Of a DNA stretch of 10,081 nt, positions 7,925 to 10,081 are shown piece by piece. The position numbers were made by a program, and so were the translations under genes. This DNA comes from an uncultured Polyangiaceae bacterium (lineage in GTDB: Bacteria; Myxococcota_A; Polyangia; Polyangiales; Polyangiaceae): assembly GCA_964459035.1 (NCBI GenBank), contig CAYWLO010000047.1, forward strand, positions 1 through 10,081. The letters run 5' to 3'. Positions within the stretch are counted from its first letter, which is position 1. Each line of letters starts with the position of its first letter. The notes below the pieces were generated by a model. The model was given only the letters and a program-made list of their open reading frames with translations. It did not search any database and was not told the DNA's origin.

Positions 7925-8029
7925 CTCTCTACAGACTACGGGTGAGGGGGATTGACCCCGCCTCGGACTCTGAGGTGGTAGTCTTTTGTCCCACTTCGTA
8001 CTCCCCTACCCCCCTTGGCACCTCACTAG

Positions 8030-10081
8030 ATGACAGTTGTCGGAATCGACCTTGGAACCACCAACACCGTAATTGCAGCCATGCGCGATGGCCGAGCCAC
8101 TGCGCTGAAGGACAAGATGGGGCGAGCACTCCTCCCTAGTGTTGTATCCTTCACATTGAAGGGAGCGCCAAAGGTTGGGTATGAGGCAAAAAATCGCCGG
8201 ACCATCGATCCTGATAATACGGTTTTTTCAGCCAAGCGTTTGATTGGTCGCACTTTTGACAGCGAGCATGTTCAAAAGTCCCTCAAACACTTTCCTTTTG
8301 AACTCAAAGAGGGCCCCGGAAAATCCACTCTCGTTCAATGTCACGGGCACGATTATACCCTGCCGGAGATTAGTGCTTTTGTTCTTGAACAGGCGCAGAA
8401 AATTGCCGAGGCACGTTTGGGCGGAAGTGCCACCGATGCGGTGATCACAGTTCCCGCAAATTTCAACGATTTACAACGAGCCGCGACCAAAATTGCAGGT
8501 CGCACAGCCGGTCTAGAAGTACTTCGTATCATCAACGAACCGACCGCTGCTGCCCTTGCTTACGGTTTCGGTAAAAAGGGGCGTGAACGTATTGCAATTT
8601 ACGATTTTGGGGGAGGCACTTTTGATGTCACTTTGCTCGACCTCAGAGACAATGTTTTTGAAGTACTTGCAACGGCGGGCGACACGTTTTTAGGGGGGGA
8701 CGATATTGACCGAGCCATCATGGATCGCATGGCCGAAGAGCTCCTTAAGAAGAACAAGGTAGACGCGAATTCGGACAACCTAGTTCGTGAACAATTGCGC
8801 GCAGCCGCCGAAAAACTAAAGATTGAGTTGTCGACGCGGAGTATGAGCAAGGCGCGTATCGAGGAACTCGATTTCGAGTTTGTCATGCGACGTTCAGAGT
8901 TCGAAAAGCTGGCCGAACCCCTACTTACACGTACCTTAGAAGTTTGTCGCGAAGCGATGGATGTGGCCGGCATTGCAAACGGAGATCTCGACCAAATTCT
9001 AATGGTTGGAGGTTCAACGCGCATTCCCCTGGTACGAAGACGAACCTCCAGTTTTTTTGGGAAGATGCCTCAAAGTCGTATCAACCCCGATGAAGTCGTG
9101 GCCATTGGGGCAGCCATTCAGGCAGCCACTTTAGAGGAGAAACAAGGTACGGCTAGTATCCCCTCTGCCCCGCTTCCTCGCGCTGCGATACAAAGCACTC
9201 ACCCTTCGCGGGCCCCGCGCCCCCTAGCTCAAGCAGGCGTGAGCGTCGCCGGCGGCGGAACCAAAACGGGACTCGCCGGCCTATCAAAAACCCTCTCAGG
9301 CACTGGTGAGGGCTCGATTCGCCCCGTTGGAGGGAGTCGTTCCGTACTCTCAGGTCTTCAGGGTTTACGCGGCCCTAACAAAACTCTAGCGGGAGTCGGA
9401 GCTGACGATCCGCTCTTGACTCAATCAATTGCCGGGGGGCAAAAACGCCCAGGTCTCAGTGCAATGATAGGGCGAGAAAAGGGCGTCACAAATTTGGGTC
9501 TGGGGGTGCAAACAAGTTCTTCGCCCGCCGGCACAGAGCCGCCCCCCTCTCGACCTAAACAGGACACCATTCCCGGTGCAGCGTCCCTTCCGGAGGATGG
9601 GTCGGTGACTTTCGATCTAGCTGAGTTAGAAGCCATGGAGGCCGACTCGCCAGAACTCGATGCCTTCGCTGGCTTTCAAGAAGAAACCACGAAAGTCGTT
9701 CCCCCAGAGAAAGCTGCGGCCCAGGCCGCAGCCCTCGATAAAAAACTCATCGAACCTCACGACGATCTTCCCGTGCCCGTGAAAGAGGACGACTTTGAAG
9801 AACTAGGAGATAGTGCGCTCTTTTCTCTCGATGACGCGGCTAGCCTGACGGCGACGAGACAGGGCGGGACCCCTCTGGATGCAGACCTTCCGGTTCCCCT
9901 CGCCCCCCATCCCTCCGAGGAAGAGGCGGAAGAACTGGGAGATAGTTCTTTGTTTGCTCTGGAGGATGAGATTGGACTTCCGCAAACAGCGGCATCTCTC
10001 CCCACGCCTAGCGTCTCCTTACCGGTGGCGAGTGCTGCATTGCCCTCACCCGCCACCGCACTGCCCTCACCCGCCACCGCA
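8030..10081 (+). CDS. Hsp70/DnaK-family ATPase (nucleotide-binding domain) fused to a long low-complexity C-terminal region; 3' end lies outside the window
   Basis: This ORF is not in the supplied track because it is open-ended. The ATG at 8030 is immediately preceded by an in-frame TAG (8027..8029), and I read 684 codons without a stop to position 10081. Residues 1 to about 368 (8030..9133) carry the Hsp70 NBD motifs [61 protein letters not shown] and [15 protein letters not shown]. From 9134 onward the sequence is Pro/Ala/Gly/Ser/Leu-rich and then acidic, with no recognisable interdomain linker or substrate-binding domain. Confidence 0.87.
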   Translation, partial: MTVVGIDLGTTNTVIAAMRDGRATALKDKMGRALLPSVVSFTLKGAPKVGYEAKNRRTIDPDNTVFSAKRLIGRTFDSEHVQKSLKHFPFELKEGPGKSTLVQCHGHDYTLPEISAFVLEQAQKIAEARLGGSATDAVITVPANFNDLQRAATKIAGRTAGLEVLRIINEPTAAALAYGFGKKGRERIAIYDFGGGTFDVTLLDLRDNVFEVLATAGDTFLGGDDIDRAIMDRMAEELLKKNKVDANSDNLVREQLRAAAEKLKIELSTRSMSKARIEELDFEFVMRRSEFEKLAEPLLTRTLEVCREAMDVAGIANGDLDQILMVGGSTRIPLVRRRTSSFFGKMPQSRINPDEVVAIGAAIQAATLEEKQGTASIPSAPLPRAAIQSTHPSRAPRPLAQAGVSVAGGGTKTGLAGLSKTLSGTGEGSIRPVGGSRSVLSGLQGLRGPNKTLAGVGADDPLLTQSIAGGQKRPGLSAMIGREKGVTNLGLGVQTSSSPAGTEPPPSRPKQDTIPGAASLPEDGSVTFDLAELEAMEADSPELDAFAGFQEETTKVVPPEKAAAQAAALDKKLIEPHDDLPVPVKEDDFEELGDSALFSLDDAASLTATRQGGTPLDADLPVPLAPHPSEEEAEELGDSSLFALEDEIGLPQTAASLPTPSVSLPVASAALPSPATALPSPATA
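9764..9967 (+). repeat. two copies of an in-frame coding module: DLPVP ... EELGDS(A/S)LF(S/A)L(D/E)D
   Basis: The sequence gatcttcccgtgccc (9764..9778) matches gaccttccggttccc (9884..9898). The sequence gaagaactaggagatagtgcgctcttttctctcgatgac (9797..9835) matches gaagaactgggagatagttctttgtttgctctggaggat (9929..9967). All four segments are in the Hsp70-like reading frame, and the copies are similar at both the DNA and peptide level. Confidence 0.7.
10040..10081 (+). repeat. 21-bp in-frame tandem repeat (2 copies visible, 1 mismatch) encoding [14 protein letters not shown]; may continue beyond the window
   Basis: Read directly: 10040..10060 is ttgccctcacccgccaccgca and 10061..10081 is ctgccctcacccgccaccgca. 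The second copy ends exactly at the window edge. Confidence 0.85.

Noticed and set aside
8016-8021. A TGGCAC hexamer resembling the -24 element of sigma-54 promoters, just upstream of the Hsp70-like ATG
   Set aside because: The expected TTGC -12 element 5 nt downstream is absent; the sequence there is ctcac-taga. The element would also sit only about 10 nt from the start codon, leaving no room for a transcript leader.
7942-8139. 65-aa plus-strand ORF overlapping the fmt/Hsp70 spacer and the start of the Hsp70-like gene
   Set aside because: It is out of frame with the motif-bearing Hsp70 frame and has no RBS. Its translation shows no recognisable features.
8599-9024. 141-aa minus-strand ORF, together with the 8026..8253, 8353..8535, 9421..9636, 9757..10077 and 9803..9985 minus-strand ORFs
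   Set aside because: All of them lie antisense to the Hsp70-like reading frame, which carries unmistakable family motifs. Their translations are Ser/Arg/Ala-rich low-complexity sequence, typical of shadow ORFs.
10040-10081. Whether the 21-bp tandem repeat could be part of a CRISPR array or a mobile-element terminus
   Set aside because: The units are directly adjacent with no spacers. They are in frame within a continuous coding sequence, Pro/Ala-rich and non-palindromic. This is a coding low-complexity repeat.
1-10081. A scan for mobile elements, integrases, toxin-antitoxin pairs, defence genes and tRNA or rRNA genes
   Set aside because: I recognised none. Every long ORF is accounted for by the six genes or their shadows, and the intergenic spacers are too short to hide additional protein genes.

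Overview
By eye this is a moderate-GC bacterial chromosomal segment made up mostly of housekeeping genes. I support six protein-coding genes. Four are co-directional on the minus strand: lon (4392..6833), a 585-aa secreted hypothetical protein (2562..4319), hom (1222..2550) and murI (265..1158). Two are transcribed divergently on the plus strand: fmt (6954..7904) and an Hsp70-family gene that starts at 8030 and runs off the right edge. The Hsp70-family gene is missing from the supplied ORF track because it has no stop codon inside the window; I translated it by hand and found 684 in-frame codons. I see no tRNA or rRNA, no CRISPR array, no transposase or integrase, and no recognisable defence or toxin cassette. 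I do not see a convincing multi-gene novel system. Two single-gene oddities deserve a second look. The first is the Hsp70-like protein: it has an intact ATPase domain, but the canonical linker and substrate-binding domain are replaced by at least 316 aa of low-complexity sequence carrying repeated acidic motifs and an in-frame 21-bp tandem repeat. The second is the uncharacterised 585-aa exported protein between lon and hom, whose C-terminal part carries a Cys...GDIVF...H signature reminiscent of NlpC/P60-CHAP papain-fold hydrolases. All other long ORFs in the track are antisense or out-of-frame shadows of these genes. The protein styles are loosely reminiscent of Myxococcota or Bdellovibrionota-like lineages, but taxonomy cannot be established from this window.
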